Of a DNA stretch of 64,000 nt, positions 54,871-64,000 are shown one piece after another. Numbering within the stretch: position 1 is the first letter of the stretch; every line of letters starts with the position of its first letter. The DNA lies in IMG/VR virus record IMGVR_UViG_3300025018_000101, positions 91,237 to 155,236 of that record, one strand, 5' to 3'. The notes under the pieces are model-generated. The model ran no database searches. It was not told where the DNA came from and was given only the letters and a program-made list of their open reading frames with translations. The stretch comes from a virus. A program made the translations under genes and the position numbers.

Positions 54871-55089
54871 GTGACCGCGACGACCATGACCCGCACGGAG
54901 CTTCTGACGCCGACGGCCCAGAACCTGCTTCAGGTCGCCCACCACCAACTGGTGGAGGCCGCCAGAGAGCGCAGGGAGATGACCGCGGAGCTGCCAGCCC
55001 TGCTGAGCCGTGCGGACCTCGTGGTCAACCGTGCGCGCTTGCTCCTGGTTGAGACGACCGCGACAGCCGCCTCCGAGAGGCGACTGTGA
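54871..55089 (+). CDS. Small hypothetical protein
   Basis: Coupled to the downstream exonuclease. Confidence 0.5.
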   Translation: MTATTMTRTELLTPTAQNLLQVAHHQLVEAARERREMTAELPALLSRADLVVNRARLLLVETTATAASERRL

Positions 55090-55619
55090 AGGCGCATCCG
55101 TGGTCCGCGCTGCCGTCTCGCTTCGTGGCGGTGGACGTAGAGACGACGGGGTTCAAGAACAGCGACCGCGTCATCGCCTTCGCCGCCATCTTCTTCGAGG
55201 CAGGGCAGGAGGTGAAGGCGTTGACGACGCTCATCAACCCCGAGTGCCGCATCCCGGCCGCGGTGACGAAGCTGACGGGTATACACCCAGAGGACGTCCG
55301 CGACGCGCCCCTGTTCAGGGACGTCGCCTCGACCGTCCTGAAGTGCCTCAAGGGCAAGCTGCTCGTGGGGCACAGCCTGGCGTTCGACGTCCGGATGCTC
55401 CGAGGCGAGTTCGCGCGCCTGGGCAGGGAAGCCGACCTTGAGTACCTCGAGACGCGAGACACCCTGCCCTGGGCCCGGGACCTGCTGGAGGAGCTCCCGA
55501 GCAAGAAGCTCGCGTCCGTAGCGGACGCTCTCGGTGTCCCGCTCGTTAACGCGCACTCTGCCGACGGCGACGCGCGAGCGACGGGACTGGTGGCCCTGGC
55601 CCTGGACGGCAGGAGGTAG
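55086..55619 (+). CDS. DEDDh 3'-5' exonuclease (DnaQ/epsilon-like)
   Basis: VDVETTG, GHSLAFD and HSADGD motifs. Confidence 0.9.
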   Translation: MKAHPWSALPSRFVAVDVETTGFKNSDRVIAFAAIFFEAGQEVKALTTLINPECRIPAAVTKLTGIHPEDVRDAPLFRDVASTVLKCLKGKLLVGHSLAFDVRMLRGEFARLGREADLEYLETRDTLPWARDLLEELPSKKLASVADALGVPLVNAHSADGDARATGLVALALDGRR

Positions 55620-55623
55620 CGCC

Positions 55624-55650
55624 GACTCAGTGGCACAAGGATGTGCCTCG
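55624..55650 (+). promoter_or_regulatory. Phage-specific upstream motif GACTCAGTGGCACAAGGATGTGCCTCG
   Basis: 24/27 identical to 44704-44730(-). Confidence 0.7.
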
Positions 55651-55687
55651 AATCCTCCGGGGTTGACCACGCCACCCTCACTCGGGA

Positions 55688-55918
55688 GTGCCTATGCTCA
55701 TCTACGACGCGAAGGTCCTCAACTGCCACTCGCAGCGCGGCCGCCACTACGCGGTGCTGCCCGACGGCCGCGTGGCGGCCGTGAATTTTTACCCGCCAGG
55801 CCGGGACGACCCTCGCCGCGCCGTCGAGGTCCGGTGGGTCGTCACGCCGGAGTCGGCCGAGTCCGACCCTGACGACGCCGTGGCGCTACTGGCTACGGGC
55901 CGCCTGGGGCTCTCGTGA
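55688..55918 (+). CDS. Small hypothetical protein
   Basis: First gene after the motif; GGGAG RBS. Confidence 0.5.
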   Translation: MPMLIYDAKVLNCHSQRGRHYAVLPDGRVAAVNFYPPGRDDPRRAVEVRWVVTPESAESDPDDAVALLATGRLGLS

Positions 55919-56169
55919 CCGTCCTGGCCGTTTCCGGGACGCGCGGGGGCGTCTCGCCTCTGCACTTCGGCAAGGCCATGGCGTACGCCCTGGATGCCGC
56001 CGATGCCTCGGGGTCGCCCATCTCCGTCCTCCGCGTGGGAGACGCCACGTGCGTGGACCAACAGGCGGCGGAGTGGGCTCGCGCTCTCGGCATCCCCGTC
56101 CACCGCCACCGGGCGCACTGGTCGAAGTACGGCAGGGCTGCCGGGTCCCTCCGCCTGGGAGTGCACTAG
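55915..56169 (+). pseudogene. Truncated SLOG-family (YspA/DUF2493-like) protein
   Basis: VSGTR, GDATCVDQQAAEWA, AHWSKYGRAAG; stops where the family normally continues. Confidence 0.55.
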
Positions 56170-56172
56170 CCC

Positions 56173-56880
56173 ATGACCCACGACCCGCAGTCTCCCGAAG
56201 AGACGCTCGGCCGCATCCTGGGCGGCACCTGGACCCGGGACGGCTTCAAGTACGTCGCCGACCTGGGCTACGGCCTGACCGGTGAGGCCTACAATGTGGG
56301 CCGGCACTCCACGATCGACCTCACGCTGGACCGCGGGACTGAGCTGGTGGTGGCGGCCTACGCCATCCGCGACTCCTTTGAGGAAGCCGCTCGGCTCATC
56401 GCCGACGTCCGCCGCGCCAGGGCCGCCGTGATGGATGACCGCGACGCAAGGGAGGAAGGGAGCGCGCTGAGCGCTGGAGACGACTTTCTGCACAGGATGG
56501 CGGCCGAGCTCGACCGCCTGGCGACTGCGTCCGACGAGGTAGCGCCCTTGCTGCCCAAAGAGGGCCGGGTGCCCGCCTCGGCGCTGGCCGAGGCGTTCAG
56601 GTTCGCGGCCAGGACGGCGCTCGGTCTCATCGGCCGGCCGGCCCCCATCCAGGTCGAGTGCCCTCCTGGGAGCGCCCTGAGGGGTAGCACGGACCTTCTG
56701 ACGGACGACAGCCCTGCGGGGCTCAAGAGGAGCGTCTGCGCCGAGCTCGGCGCGCACGCAGACCACCTGCGCCTGGAGGGCCTGCGTCTGAGCCGAGACG
56801 CCGACCCCAAGGCGCACAGCGTACGCAGCCGGGTCGATGCGGCCAGGCGCGTCCGGACCTTCGTGGAGGAGTTCCCGTGA
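56173..56880 (+). CDS. Hypothetical protein
   Basis: Typical codon bias. Confidence 0.6.
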   Translation: MTHDPQSPEETLGRILGGTWTRDGFKYVADLGYGLTGEAYNVGRHSTIDLTLDRGTELVVAAYAIRDSFEEAARLIADVRRARAAVMDDRDAREEGSALSAGDDFLHRMAAELDRLATASDEVAPLLPKEGRVPASALAEAFRFAARTALGLIGRPAPIQVECPPGSALRGSTDLLTDDSPAGLKRSVCAELGAHADHLRLEGLRLSRDADPKAHSVRSRVDAARRVRTFVEEFP

Positions 56881-57662
56881 CAGGAGACGATGAGAGTGCG
56901 CCGCGCTGCTGCACGTGCAGCGGCCACGGGGACGCACCGTTCGTGATCGACGGCAGGGAGTACTGCCCGCAGTGCGCTGCCGAGACGCTCAGCGACGCCT
57001 ACGACGACGCCCGGGTCACCATCGACCGGCAGGTGAAGGCGATGGCGGACTACGACAAGACCATCTCGGAGCTGTCGACCGAGATCACCCGCCTGCGCGT
57101 CGGGCGCGACCTGGCGCTGGGTAGTGGCGCGTCCGCGCTGCTGGCCTATTCTCGCAAGCGGGTCTACAAGCTCGAGGCCCTGCTTGAGGAGCGCGAAGCC
57201 TCGCTGGCGCGCGCGAAGACCGACGTGGCGAAGGCAAACCGCTTCGCCGAGGTCGAAGGCACGCACGCGGCTTCCCAGCGGAGGGCCCGGGAGGCCATGG
57301 AGATCCAGCTCTGCTCGGCGCAGGCATCCGAGGCCGAGACGAGGAAGTGGTACCTCGACGCGCGCGACGAGCGCGATGTGCTCCTGCGTCGGGTCAAGGC
57401 GCTGGAGGCGGAGGTCGAGGGGGCGGCAGCCCCCAACGAGTCCAACGCTCCAGACCGCGACGACGACGACTACCTGCCTCCCGAGGTGCGCGCGCGATTG
57501 TGCGACGCGCTCGGTGCCCCCGGGGGGTGCTCACTGTCGGGCATCGCTACACACGCCGAGCTCGTACGACGGGAGGTCGAGCACCTGTCTCGCAAGCTCA
57601 AGGCCTTCAAGAAGCTCCGCAAGGCCGAGAAGAAGGCCTGCCGGCCTGGCGCGAGGGCCTGA
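56877..57662 (+). CDS. Zn-ribbon plus coiled-coil protein
   Basis: CCTC...CPQC followed by a long heptad region. Confidence 0.6.
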   Translation: MTGDDESAPRCCTCSGHGDAPFVIDGREYCPQCAAETLSDAYDDARVTIDRQVKAMADYDKTISELSTEITRLRVGRDLALGSGASALLAYSRKRVYKLEALLEEREASLARAKTDVAKANRFAEVEGTHAASQRRAREAMEIQLCSAQASEAETRKWYLDARDERDVLLRRVKALEAEVEGAAAPNESNAPDRDDDDYLPPEVRARLCDALGAPGGCSLSGIATHAELVRREVEHLSRKLKAFKKLRKAEKKACRPGARA

Positions 57663-57666
57663 CACC

Positions 57667-58113
57667 ATGCGCGCGGACGAGACCGAAGCCCTCGACAGCC
57701 TCGAGGCCTGGGTGGTGCGCTTGCAGGAGACGGCCGAGTTCCTGGCGGCCATCTACGCGTCGGGGTCGTCCCGCAAGCGCGCGGACGTTCACCACCTGAC
57801 CGAGTTCGCCAGGGGCGCCGGCGTGGCCATGTCGGCGATGGCCTACGTCCGTGCGCGCCCCGACACGCTGCAGGTCAGCACGCCCGGCAATCCGAAGGAG
57901 CTACAGGACGTCAAGCGCGCCATGGGCCCTGCGGCGGTGCTTCGGGACGTGCTCGGCCGCATCGAGGTCGCGCAGCACATGCTCGTCAAGCAGGACGACG
58001 CCGGCCCCGCGCTGCTTGAGGGACTGGCGCACTTGCGGGCCGAGATTCAACGACGGGCCCGAGAGGCAGACAGGGGCGGCATTGAGGCCCACAACGACAA
58101 GGACAAGCCATGA
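57667..58113 (+). CDS. Hypothetical protein
   Basis: Start at MRADETE; ATGA overlap downstream. Confidence 0.55.
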   Translation: MRADETEALDSLEAWVVRLQETAEFLAAIYASGSSRKRADVHHLTEFARGAGVAMSAMAYVRARPDTLQVSTPGNPKELQDVKRAMGPAAVLRDVLGRIEVAQHMLVKQDDAGPALLEGLAHLRAEIQRRAREADRGGIEAHNDKDKP

Positions 58114-58955
58114 AGCGGGTAGCCGTCGCGTCCCCTCACGTAGGAGACATCGACAGGAACGTCAAGCCCAACCTGCCCCTGCTGGGCGTCCAGGAGGACG
58201 CCAACCACGAGGTCATCCTGCCGTTGCTGGGCGTCGTCAGCGCGCAGTACCGGTCGGCCCTGCGCTACCGGAGTCAGCCTTACGTCCCCCTGAACTGGAC
58301 GTCGACGCGGGCACCGTATCTGGAGCACCCCTTCGCGGCTCGGGCATCCCAGGCGCTCCGGGAGAGCTATGGCGGCCACTGGCCGATACGGGTGGTGGTC
58401 CTGAGCGGCTCCGCGCCGTCCTGGGACGTCCGCCTGATCCGTGTGCGCGTCACCCAGACCCTGGAGGTCGCCGAGGGCCCGATGGCCCGCGACGTGGTCC
58501 GAACTGTCAGGGACGTGTACACGCTCGTGGACGAGGAGCTGCCGCTGCCGGCGCACATCGACCTCGTCGCGGGCATGTTCCGCGCCTTCGAGGCCGTGGG
58601 CACTGTGCCCCCCTCCGACCGGGGCGCGCCACGGGGCGCCCTCGACGTCGTCGCGGAGGGAATGGACCTGCGCAACCGGGACTTGCGTGACCTCGACCTG
58701 GAGGGCGAGGACCGCCGGGGCGCGTTGATGGGGTTGTCGGACCTCTCCCACAAGGACCTGCGGGGCCTGGACCTGCGCGGCGCCGACCTCGAGCTGAGCA
58801 AGCTGGAGGGCGCTGACCTGCGTGGCGCCCTCCTCACCGGGGCGCGCGTCTATGGCGCCCTCGTTGAAGGCGTCGAGGTCGACGCCGGACGCGTATACAC
58901 GGTGGAGGGCCTGTGCGAAGCGACTGGGGCCCTGCCTGCGAGGAGCTGGTGGTGA
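58110..58955 (+). CDS. Pentapeptide-repeat protein
   Basis: DLRGL/DLRGA/KLEGA/DLRGA/LLTGA repeats. Confidence 0.8.
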   Translation: MKRVAVASPHVGDIDRNVKPNLPLLGVQEDANHEVILPLLGVVSAQYRSALRYRSQPYVPLNWTSTRAPYLEHPFAARASQALRESYGGHWPIRVVVLSGSAPSWDVRLIRVRVTQTLEVAEGPMARDVVRTVRDVYTLVDEELPLPAHIDLVAGMFRAFEAVGTVPPSDRGAPRGALDVVAEGMDLRNRDLRDLDLEGEDRRGALMGLSDLSHKDLRGLDLRGADLELSKLEGADLRGALLTGARVYGALVEGVEVDAGRVYTVEGLCEATGALPARSWW

Positions 58956-59338
58956 CTGGCGACAAGGCGAAAGTGGGCGTCGCGCTGAGCGGCGGCGACC
59001 TCGACGGGCTCAGTATCGACGAGCTCGAGGATCTGACGGGCAACAGGACCGACGCGGTCCTGCTGGCGTTCGTGAGCAGGAGCGCCGCGGCTGTCCGGGG
59101 CGACGGGCCGCAGGCGGGTGTGACGCTCGAACTGCCGGGCCGCCTCGCTCGCGGGAGCTTCAGGACGCGCATCGCTGGGCCGGGCTCGCCGCTCGGCGAG
59201 GTTTTGTGCCAGACGGGCAGGGGACTGGCCGTGAGGGTTCCTGCCGACAAGCTCCTGGGCTGGTCGGTGAAGATGCTCGCTGCGCGGGGCGTGAGGGTCA
59301 CGCTATCCGGCGGCGCAGCGACCTCCAGTGAGGAGTGA
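58952..59338 (+). CDS. Hypothetical protein
   Basis: GTGA overlap; AGGAG RBS. Confidence 0.5.
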   Translation: MTGDKAKVGVALSGGDLDGLSIDELEDLTGNRTDAVLLAFVSRSAAAVRGDGPQAGVTLELPGRLARGSFRTRIAGPGSPLGEVLCQTGRGLAVRVPADKLLGWSVKMLAARGVRVTLSGGAATSSEE

Positions 59339-59341
59339 TAC

Positions 59342-59692
59342 ATGGTCGGGATCAAGCGACCGAGGGACCGCGAGCGGTTCCGCAAGCTCGTCATCGCGAC
59401 GCTCCGCGCCATGGCGGACAAGCTCGAGGCGAAGGGGGCGTTGGAGGACGTGACGTACCTCTTCGACGACGGCAACGAGTTCACGGCATATGGCACAGCC
59501 GAGGACTGCGAGGACGCGCTCCAGGAGCTCCTCGACTACGCCCGGGACCGGGGCGGCATGAGCCCGGACAACAACGACATGAGCTGGGGCGTCTACGTCC
59601 CCGTCCGCGTCGCCGAGGCCTTCAACATCCGGGAGGACCCCGAAGCCATTGAGGACCCGGTCTGCGACTGGGTCGTAAGGGACGCCCGATGA
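59342..59692 (+). CDS. Hypothetical protein
   Basis: GAGGAG RBS. Confidence 0.6.
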   Translation: MVGIKRPRDRERFRKLVIATLRAMADKLEAKGALEDVTYLFDDGNEFTAYGTAEDCEDALQELLDYARDRGGMSPDNNDMSWGVYVPVRVAEAFNIREDPEAIEDPVCDWVVRDAR

Positions 59693-59964
59693 ACCTCTAC
59701 GAGGTCACGGACACCGATGGCGACTACTACCTCGTCGGTGCACGGTCCGCGCACGAGGCGCGCGGCCTCGTGATCGACTACCTGGCGTCGGTCGAACTCC
59801 TGCCGGGGGTGACCGTGGGGTACGAAGGAGCCGAGCACCTTCGGGAGGGCCTCCACCGTCGGCTCGGCGACCGCTACACGTACGTCGCCAGCAAGACGGG
59901 GCAGGACCTGCTCGGGGGGTGCGACCCCGCAGGCGAGGTCCTCTACCGCTCACGCTGGTTCTGA
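59689..59964 (+). CDS. Hypothetical protein
   Basis: ATGA overlap. Confidence 0.55.
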   Translation: MNLYEVTDTDGDYYLVGARSAHEARGLVIDYLASVELLPGVTVGYEGAEHLREGLHRRLGDRYTYVASKTGQDLLGGCDPAGEVLYRSRWF

Positions 59965-60022
59965 GCCTGCGCGCACCGAAGGCGCGGCCGCGACGCCGCG
60001 CCCAAAGTTGCAAGGACATGGC

Positions 60023-60229
60023 ATGACAGACAGGACCCATCTCCCCCTCCCCGCGAACGTGACCCTGGAGGACTTCGACGCGCACCTCCTGGCCCGCCCC
60101 CGGGGGGTCGCGCCAGAGGATATGCTCTTCCGGAGCGAAGACCTCTTGTACGCGTTGCGCGTGGCGTACTCCGAGGAGGTGCGCGGCCGGGCGGCGGTAG
60201 ACTGGAAGAAACACAAGGAGGAGCCATGA
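60023..60229 (+). CDS. Small hypothetical protein
   Basis: AAGGA RBS; ATGA overlap downstream. Confidence 0.5.
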   Translation: MTDRTHLPLPANVTLEDFDAHLLARPRGVAPEDMLFRSEDLLYALRVAYSEEVRGRAAVDWKKHKEEP

Positions 60230-60525
60230 GCGACCCGTACGGCCGCGTGAGCGGTCTCGACAAGCGCCGCCTGTTCAAGGTGGTGGCCACGACGGTGTCC
60301 TACGTCGTGGCCGAGGACGCGGGCGACGTCAAGGAGATCTTCGACGGGGAGCCCCACATCTTCAAGGAAGACCGCCGGTCCTTGTTCGTGGCCGAGGTGG
60401 GCCCGAGCTCGGAGGTGGTCGTCTCCTGGCTGGACTGCGCCCCCTACGGCCACGGGCCGGAACACACGGTCGCGGCCTGGCTCAGGCACATCAAGGCCCT
60501 GGATGCGTCCGGGGGAGGGGCGTGA
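60226..60525 (+). CDS. Hypothetical protein
   Basis: AGGAGGAG RBS. Confidence 0.55.
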   Translation: MSDPYGRVSGLDKRRLFKVVATTVSYVVAEDAGDVKEIFDGEPHIFKEDRRSLFVAEVGPSSEVVVSWLDCAPYGHGPEHTVAAWLRHIKALDASGGGA

Positions 60526-60815
60526 TGACCGACTTCGAACGCGAGCTCAACGTAATCCGACGCAGGAAAACCCACTCCACCGAGGGTGCCCAGCGCGTCC
60601 TCGACATTCTGTTCACCGTGGAGCGACGGGACGGCGTGGCCTTCTGGGCGCCACGAGCGCAGGCGACCGAGGAGGTCCTCCTGGAGATGCTGTGGCGGCA
60701 CGGCGTGTGCTTGAGGTGCCACCGGCGGGGGATGGCGCTCCTCACGTGCCGGGACTGCGGGTGGACACCTGCGGGTCCTTCGTCACGAGACCGGCCTGGC
60801 GCCGACAGGCGGTGA
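60522..60815 (+). CDS. Small Zn-finger protein
   Basis: CLRC...CRDC. Confidence 0.5.
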   Translation: MMTDFERELNVIRRRKTHSTEGAQRVLDILFTVERRDGVAFWAPRAQATEEVLLEMLWRHGVCLRCHRRGMALLTCRDCGWTPAGPSSRDRPGADRR

Positions 60816-60890
60816 GCGCCTGTCGGCGTGTCAATTTCGGATGCGAACGTTGCGCTCCCCCGAGGGGGGAGTGCGTGACAGGAGGAGGAC

Positions 60891-61886
60891 GTGATGACTA
60901 CCCGGGGAGCGCTTCGGATGGCGCGAGAGCGCATCAAGGAACTCGAGGGAGAACTCGAGCACGAGCGTCTGCTCAACAGCGACCTGGAGGTGAGATGGGA
61001 CACGCGGGGCATCCACGACGCGCTCGAGCAGCGCATGGACGCCGTGTTGAAGTTGGGTCCGGTGGACCCGGCGACGGGTGCGCCGACGGCGTCCTACAAG
61101 CTCAGCATCCTGGTCGGGCGCATCGAGCGCGTGCTGACCTACATTGAGGGCCCCCCGAGTACGCCGGGTCGCGTGGGCTTCGAGGCCTACAATGCCTCGA
61201 CCGGCGGCAAGACGTGGGACGGCAAGCCGGTGCCCACGTGGGATGCCATCCGTCAGGTGACTCCCCACGTCGTCAAGGCGTGGGAAGCGGCCGGCCAGGC
61301 CGTGGTGCTGGCAACGGCCGTAGGGATGGACCTCCTGCGTTGGGACCTCGAGGACCAGACGAGGGACCAGGTCAGGGTCAAGGATCTGGAAGCGGCGCTG
61401 GAGAAGAGCGAGGGCGTCGTCGCCGAACGGCGCGCGCAGGTCAAACGCCTCCGGCGGCGCAATACGGAGTGGTCCGCCGCGATGAGGTCGATGGCCCCTG
61501 ATGAGGACGCGTGGGGAGCGGGCGCCAACGGCGACCGACTGTGCCGGTGCTGCTACCGGCCTCCGGGGGTGCATTCGATATTGTGCCCCTGGCACTACAG
61601 GCAGGTGCTCGACATCCGCCACGCCGACGAGGTGCGGCGTGTGCATCAGGAGCACCTGGACAAGGACGGGCCGCACCCGTACCTGCAGGGGCTGTACGAC
61701 GCGCACGCTGCGCGACACGACGCGCAGACCCGGGACCTGCGCGCCAACCTGGCGGACAGGATTCACGAGGTGGTCCAGCTCGGCCAGCAGGTCGGACTGC
61801 TCCGTACTTCCCTCGCCGCGGTCACCGCCGAACTCGAGGCGGTGCGCGAGCGATGGGCGAAGGGAGGAGATAAAGACCCCGGGTAG
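60891..61886 (+). CDS. Mosaic coiled-coil hypothetical protein
   Basis: GGAGGAGG RBS; AYNASTGGKTWDGKPVPTW module between coiled coils. Confidence 0.6.
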   Translation: MMTTRGALRMARERIKELEGELEHERLLNSDLEVRWDTRGIHDALEQRMDAVLKLGPVDPATGAPTASYKLSILVGRIERVLTYIEGPPSTPGRVGFEAYNASTGGKTWDGKPVPTWDAIRQVTPHVVKAWEAAGQAVVLATAVGMDLLRWDLEDQTRDQVRVKDLEAALEKSEGVVAERRAQVKRLRRRNTEWSAAMRSMAPDEDAWGAGANGDRLCRCCYRPPGVHSILCPWHYRQVLDIRHADEVRRVHQEHLDKDGPHPYLQGLYDAHAARHDAQTRDLRANLADRIHEVVQLGQQVGLLRTSLAAVTAELEAVRERWAKGGDKDPG

Positions 61887-61932
61887 CGGTGCTCCGCCCG
61901 TGCGCAACGCCACCCCGACGACAGGAGAACGT

Positions 61933-62229
61933 ATGAGTACATTGAGCTTGTTTCTGTTGGGGCTCGCCGCGGGCCAGAGCATCTCGTCCGTGGCGTGGAT
62001 GGTGGCATATCTCCGCATGAAGCGGCAGCGTGACGCGTACCAGAAGCGCTACGAGTCTGCGTTGGACAGGTACCACGCCGTCCTGCTGCGCGACACGTTC
62101 GTCCAGGCGGCCGTGGTACTGGCGAGGGACGGTGTTCAGGAGAACGTGCGCCGGACGACCCTGGAGGGTGCGGACCGCCAGCTCCACGAGGAACTGAGCA
62201 AGGCGAGCGGCGAGGATCCGACGCGATGA
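61933..62229 (+). CDS. Single-TM membrane protein
   Basis: AGGAG RBS; N-terminal hydrophobic helix. Confidence 0.55.
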   Translation: MSTLSLFLLGLAAGQSISSVAWMVAYLRMKRQRDAYQKRYESALDRYHAVLLRDTFVQAAVVLARDGVQENVRRTTLEGADRQLHEELSKASGEDPTR

Positions 62230-62867
62230 CTGTGAGAGTCCCGAACCCCCACTGGCCCTCGGCACTCCACGTCTTTCGGGCGCGTGTCGCTGCGCGGGCT
62301 GTCTCCGGCCTGATCCGAGACGGCGTCCCTGCCTCCCTCCACGAGCTTATCGACCGGGAGGGGATGACGCGTGTCACCGCCGAGGACATCGAGGCCGTGG
62401 GGCGGATGATAAGCGACAGTCGCATCGGCGACGCTTGGAACTCCGCCTTCGGCTCCCCCATGCGCGAGCCGCAACTGGCTCTCAAGACGTGGAGGGATGC
62501 TGCGGACGCCTCCCGGGGCGACGCCCGTCGACTGGCCGAACGCGCGATACTTACCGCCCTCCTGGCCCTGGAGCGCCGGATGTACGGCTACGGCGTCGGC
62601 GAACACACGCAGGCGAGGCTGCGAGAGACCCTGGACTTCATCGACGAGGTGGCGGGGGTGGCGCTGGATGGCAAGGGGGGCGGGGCGTGGCTGGGGGAGC
62701 TGCGCCACGAGGAGTGGCGCCGCCGAGCAGGGCTGGTGAGCAAGGTGTGGCGCTTGACCGAGGCTCCGGACCTGGAGACGGTCGAGGCGTGGGCCCTGTA
62801 CTACCTGGAGGAGATGGGGGTCAACGAGGACTGGACGCCGCTGCTGCTGCACGACAGGCGCGGCTGA
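62226..62867 (+). CDS. Hypothetical protein
   Basis: ATGA overlap. Confidence 0.55.
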   Translation: MTVRVPNPHWPSALHVFRARVAARAVSGLIRDGVPASLHELIDREGMTRVTAEDIEAVGRMISDSRIGDAWNSAFGSPMREPQLALKTWRDAADASRGDARRLAERAILTALLALERRMYGYGVGEHTQARLRETLDFIDEVAGVALDGKGGGAWLGELRHEEWRRRAGLVSKVWRLTEAPDLETVEAWALYYLEEMGVNEDWTPLLLHDRRG

Positions 62868-63000
62868 CCGCGCCACGACGACAGGAGGAGTTCTCCGCGC
62901 TGAATGGCGGGGAGCTACCGTTTCGAGGCGCCTGGGCGGCACTGGTTCGCCCGCGGCGCAGACCAATAACTGAGTCAGGAAGAAGAAGGAGGGCGCCAGT

Positions 63001-63267
63001 ATGGACGTTCGGATCGTGGTGATCGACAAGGGCTTCATCGTCGTCGGGGTTTTCTCCCACGCCGCGGACACGGTGATCGTGGAGCGTGCGGTGTTCGTGC
63101 GCCGCTGGGGTACGCGTCGAGGGCTCGGCGAGCTCGCGGCGGCTCCTGCGCTCGGGATTCTCGACCCGGGCGGGGACCTGCACGTTCCGCTGCACGCGTA
63201 CGTCTTCTCGATCCCGGTCGACGCGCAGCTCTGGCTGCCGTACCTCATGGCGCCGATGGCGTCATGA
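63001..63267 (+). CDS. Small beta-rich phage protein
   Basis: IVVIDKGFIVVG...VRRWGTRRGLGEL; AAGGAGG RBS. Confidence 0.65.
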   Translation: MDVRIVVIDKGFIVVGVFSHAADTVIVERAVFVRRWGTRRGLGELAAAPALGILDPGGDLHVPLHAYVFSIPVDAQLWLPYLMAPMAS

Positions 63268-63689
63268 CCCCCCTGGAACAGCTCCGCGACCTCGTCGCTG
63301 AAGGTCGCTGGAGCGAGGCCCATCGCCGTGCCGGGTCGGACCCCGTGGGCCGTTCGTACGTGTTGGGCCACGCGCGTTGCGCTGAACGGACGCACGTCAG
63401 GAAGCCCGCGGTCTACGGCTACGGCGACGGCGGCGGCAACGGCTACGGCTACGGCTACGGCGACGGCAACGGCAACAGCGACGGCGACGGCTACGGCAAC
63501 GGCGACGGTGGCGGTGGCGGCGACGGTTACGGCTTCGGCAACGGCGACGGCAACGGCTACGGCGACGGTTACGGCTACGGCAACGGCAACGGCGACGGCA
63601 ACGGCTACGGCAACGGCGGCGGCAACGGCTACGGCTATGGCGGCGACCCGACCCACTGCCCCTGGCTCATCGACCCGAAGGCGCCATGA
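63264..63689 (+). CDS. Gly-rich (G-Y/D/N) repeat protein, copy 1
   Basis: MTPLEQLRDLVAEGRW head followed by GGC-NNC repeats. Confidence 0.7.
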   Translation: MTPLEQLRDLVAEGRWSEAHRRAGSDPVGRSYVLGHARCAERTHVRKPAVYGYGDGGGNGYGYGYGDGNGNSDGDGYGNGDGGGGGDGYGFGNGDGNGYGDGYGYGNGNGDGNGYGNGGGNGYGYGGDPTHCPWLIDPKAP

Positions 63690-64000
63690 CGCCTCTGGAA
63701 CAGCTCCGCGACCTCGTCGCTGAAGGTCGCTGGAGCGAGGCCCATCGCCTTGCCGGGTCTGGCACGGTGGGGCGTTCGTACGTGCTGTACCACGCGCACC
63801 GCACTGAGCGGGCGCACGTCAGGAAGCCCGCGATCTACGGCGACGGCAACAGCACCGGCAACAGCGACGGCAACGGCAACGGCTACGGCGACGGCAACGG
63901 CAACGGCAACGGCAACGGCTACGGCTACGGCGACGGCAACGGCAACGGCAACGGCCACGGCTACGGCTACGGCGACGGCAACGGCAACGGCTCCGGCGAC
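63686..64000 (+). CDS. Gly-rich repeat protein, tandem copy 2 (runs off the window)
   Basis: First 21 aa identical to copy 1; ATGA overlap. Confidence 0.7.
   Translation, partial: MTPLEQLRDLVAEGRWSEAHRLAGSGTVGRSYVLYHAHRTERAHVRKPAIYGDGNSTGNSDGNGNGYGDGNGNGNGNGYGYGDGNGNGNGHGYGYGDGNGNGSGD

Noticed and set aside
63415-64000. GGC-NNC variation resembling DGR adenine mutagenesis of AAC codons
   Set aside because: No reverse transcriptase or template/variable repeat pair is present in the window, and differences between the paralogs are not adenine-specific

Overview
This window looks like a 64-kb segment of a large, high-GC dsDNA tailed phage with a contractile tail; the host cannot be identified. 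Positions 1-10.5 kb carry a + strand virion module (neck-like genes, tail sheath, tail tube, baseplate spike), followed by a convergent amidase endolysin. Positions ~11-49.5 kb are mostly - strand early/middle genes: 5'-3' exonuclease, DnaJ-type Zn finger, SLT, HAD phosphatase, DHH phosphoesterase, C5 methyltransferase, a Type IIG-like restriction-modification fusion, a Mom-like protein, a ComM-like protein and a PcfJ-domain protein. This block is interrupted by + strand islands: a 4-gene cassette, a holin-like gene and a tail chaperone with a -1 frameshift. The tape measure gene sits alone at 49.8-53.6 kb, followed by small + strand genes. The most notable unexplained signals are: (1) a diverged ~250-bp inverted pair of TA-rich non-coding elements bracketing the 16.2-19.4 kb cassette, two genes of which share an N-terminal tag; (2) a recurring upstream motif GGYAHAAG-N3-KTG that resembles a sigma54 promoter with one extra base; (3) a dual-frame C5 methyltransferase with four repeated PTP modules in the alternative frame; (4) structured RNA/DNA elements around an extremely GC-rich island; (5) a 17-aa sORF with type I toxin-like architecture; and (6) several apparently inactivated enzyme homologs. 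All calls were made by eye, with no database searches.
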